A DNA stretch of 64,000 bases from Treponema sp. (GTDB taxonomy: Bacteria; Spirochaetota; Spirochaetia; Treponematales; Breznakiellaceae). Location of the stretch: the NCBI GenBank assembly GCA_031256445.1, contig JAIRQN010000107.1, positions 10,401-74,400 of the forward strand, in the 5' to 3' direction. Below are positions 62,691-64,000 of this stretch, in pieces (position 1 is the stretch's first letter; each line of letters begins with the position of its first letter). Below the pieces are notes generated by a model. That model saw only the letters and a list, made by a program, of their open reading frames with translations, had not been told where the DNA came from and ran no database searches. The translations under genes were made by a program, and so were the position numbers.

Positions 62691-64000
62691 ATGAAAAATA
62701 AAAATCGCGCTGTATTCATATCATCAATGTTCATTTTATTGATTATTTTTATATTTACCGCTTGTCAGACATACAGAGAAATAACGAAAAGCGATATGGA
62801 AAAATTTTTTGATACCCACAGGGGTTTTCCTGATACTCTTTCAAATTCATTCAAAGTCTACGGCTTTGCGAATCCTGTGGCAACGCAGGCTTTCGGCGCC
62901 GATCCTACGGCGCTGGTGTACAACGATCGCGTATATCTTTACATGAGCAACGATACTTTTCTTTACGATGATAATGGTTATGTGCATTATGAGACGCAGA
63001 CAGCGGAAACATTTTCTTACGGCAAGGGGATTCAGGGAATTCGGGTATTATCTTCAGAGGACCTTGTGAATTGGACATGTCACGGGGCGTTTAACATTAC
63101 AGGTCCCGAGAATACCAATCCGCTGATTGACAGCGCTGAATGGGACGATTCGCAACTGGTAGAAATTTCCGGCGTTAACAGATCATGGGCGCCGGCCGCC
63201 GCATGGAAGATGATCGATGGAAAGCCGAAATTCTTTTTATACTGGGGTAACGGCGGAAGCGGCGTGAGCGTTGTTACGGCTGACAGTCCAACTGGACCCT
63301 GGACGTATCCGCTTGGCAGAAGAATGTTAATAACCCGAAACACTCCGAACTGCGATAATGTGCACTTTCTTTTTGATCCCGGCGTTGTAATAGATAACGA
63401 AGGCAATGGTTATCTTTTTTTCGGCGGCGGCGATAATATAAGCGTTGCAGGCGGCGGCGCTACAATGGCGGATACCAAAATGGCGCGCCGTGTAAAACTT
63501 AACCCTGACATGATTAGCCTTGCGGAAGATCCCGAGCAATGGCGCGTGCCTTACATGTTCGAGGCAAGCGAGATAGCGAATATCGGCGGTAAATATTATT
63601 ATATGTACAGTACGCATAACAGCACCGAAGGAAATCCTTTCGGGCTTGGGAATGCAGTACTGGCATACATGGTGTCTTCAGACGGCCCGTTTGGGAATTA
63701 CACGGATCCAAAAACAGTTCTTAATCATCCGCAAAGGGCGCTTGGTACGCGGGATTCAAACAACCACGGCGTGATGTTTGAGTTCAAGGGACAGGCATAC
63801 ATTGCGTATCACACGCAAATGCTCGCGGAGGCAATGGGTATCTTCCGTTACCGCGCAACTCATATCGACAGGATGAATATGGACAGTAACGGCATAATCG
63901 AAGAAATTCCGCTGACGAGAAAAGGCGCCGCGCAGGCAGGTCATTTGAATCCTTATATCGTAAACGAAGCTGAAACAATCGGAGTTCAGGGCGGCATTTA
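62691..64000 (+). CDS. Glycoside hydrolase family 43 lipoprotein (arabinofuranosidase/xylosidase-like), 3' end beyond the window
   Basis: Not in the ORF track because no stop is reached. ATG at 62691 lies 7 nt after AGGAG. Lipobox IFIFTAC. GADPTALVYNDRVYLYMSND, WAPAAAW and FEASEIANIGGKYYYMYS are GH43 five-bladed propeller blocks. The frame stays open to base 64000. Confidence 0.85.
   Translation, partial: MKNKNRAVFISSMFILLIIFIFTACQTYREITKSDMEKFFDTHRGFPDTLSNSFKVYGFANPVATQAFGADPTALVYNDRVYLYMSNDTFLYDDNGYVHYETQTAETFSYGKGIQGIRVLSSEDLVNWTCHGAFNITGPENTNPLIDSAEWDDSQLVEISGVNRSWAPAAAWKMIDGKPKFFLYWGNGGSGVSVVTADSPTGPWTYPLGRRMLITRNTPNCDNVHFLFDPGVVIDNEGNGYLFFGGGDNISVAGGGATMADTKMARRVKLNPDMISLAEDPEQWRVPYMFEASEIANIGGKYYYMYSTHNSTEGNPFGLGNAVLAYMVSSDGPFGNYTDPKTVLNHPQRALGTRDSNNHGVMFEFKGQAYIAYHTQMLAEAMGIFRYRATHIDRMNMDSNGIIEEIPLTRKGAAQAGHLNPYIVNEAETIGVQGGI

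Overview
Gene-dense chromosomal segment with about 55 protein genes, one tRNA, and no rRNA, CRISPR array, transposase or integrase. By inference only, the gene content fits a Treponema-like, plant-polysaccharide-associated spirochaete: groEL has no adjacent groES or CIRCE, there are BspA-type LRR and GLUG surface lipoproteins, a MoxR-DUF58 Bat-like module, and GH115/GH43 xylan enzymes. Order of content: trpB (5' truncated)-trpA, tRNA-Thr(CGU), galK-pgsA, a NUDIX hydrolase, two secreted proteins (one with a LysM-like domain), a PC4/YdbC-like protein, groEL, pcrA/uvrD with a coupled degenerate aminotransferase-like gene, an acyltransferase, an SH3 protein with an M48 peptidase, ftsH, an XRE regulator, an M15 peptidase, a hybrid histidine kinase with a double-REC regulator, Nif3, and lspA. 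Next is the rpmH-rnpA-yidD-yidC-jag cluster; rpmH is absent from the ORF track because it is only 51 aa. Then a same-strand block of GLUG protein, LRR protein, MoxR, DUF58 and a transglutaminase-TPR giant, followed by a second hybrid kinase, GH115, and an ATC-hydrolase-like protein. Then an operon of HAE3/MMPL exporter, LolA-like protein, OM barrel and HDAC-like deacetylase with a divergent TetR. Then a Sel1 protein and an operon of amidohydrolase, two cNMP-domain proteins and a phosphoesterase. The window ends with a PHP phosphoesterase, a brnT/brnA toxin-antitoxin locus, comM and a 3'-truncated GH43 lipoprotein gene. I see no clear-cut new defence or mobile system. The points most worth a second look are: a 465-bp ORF-free, multi-hairpin, motif-bearing region upstream of GH43; a frameshifted BrnT toxin next to an intact BrnA; the TgpA-like transglutaminase fused in frame to a TPR module behind an internal signal-peptide-like segment; decay and repeat signatures in the two surface-protein genes; and the exporter operon that ends in a deacetylase. 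All functional calls rest on motif recognition by eye, with no database search.
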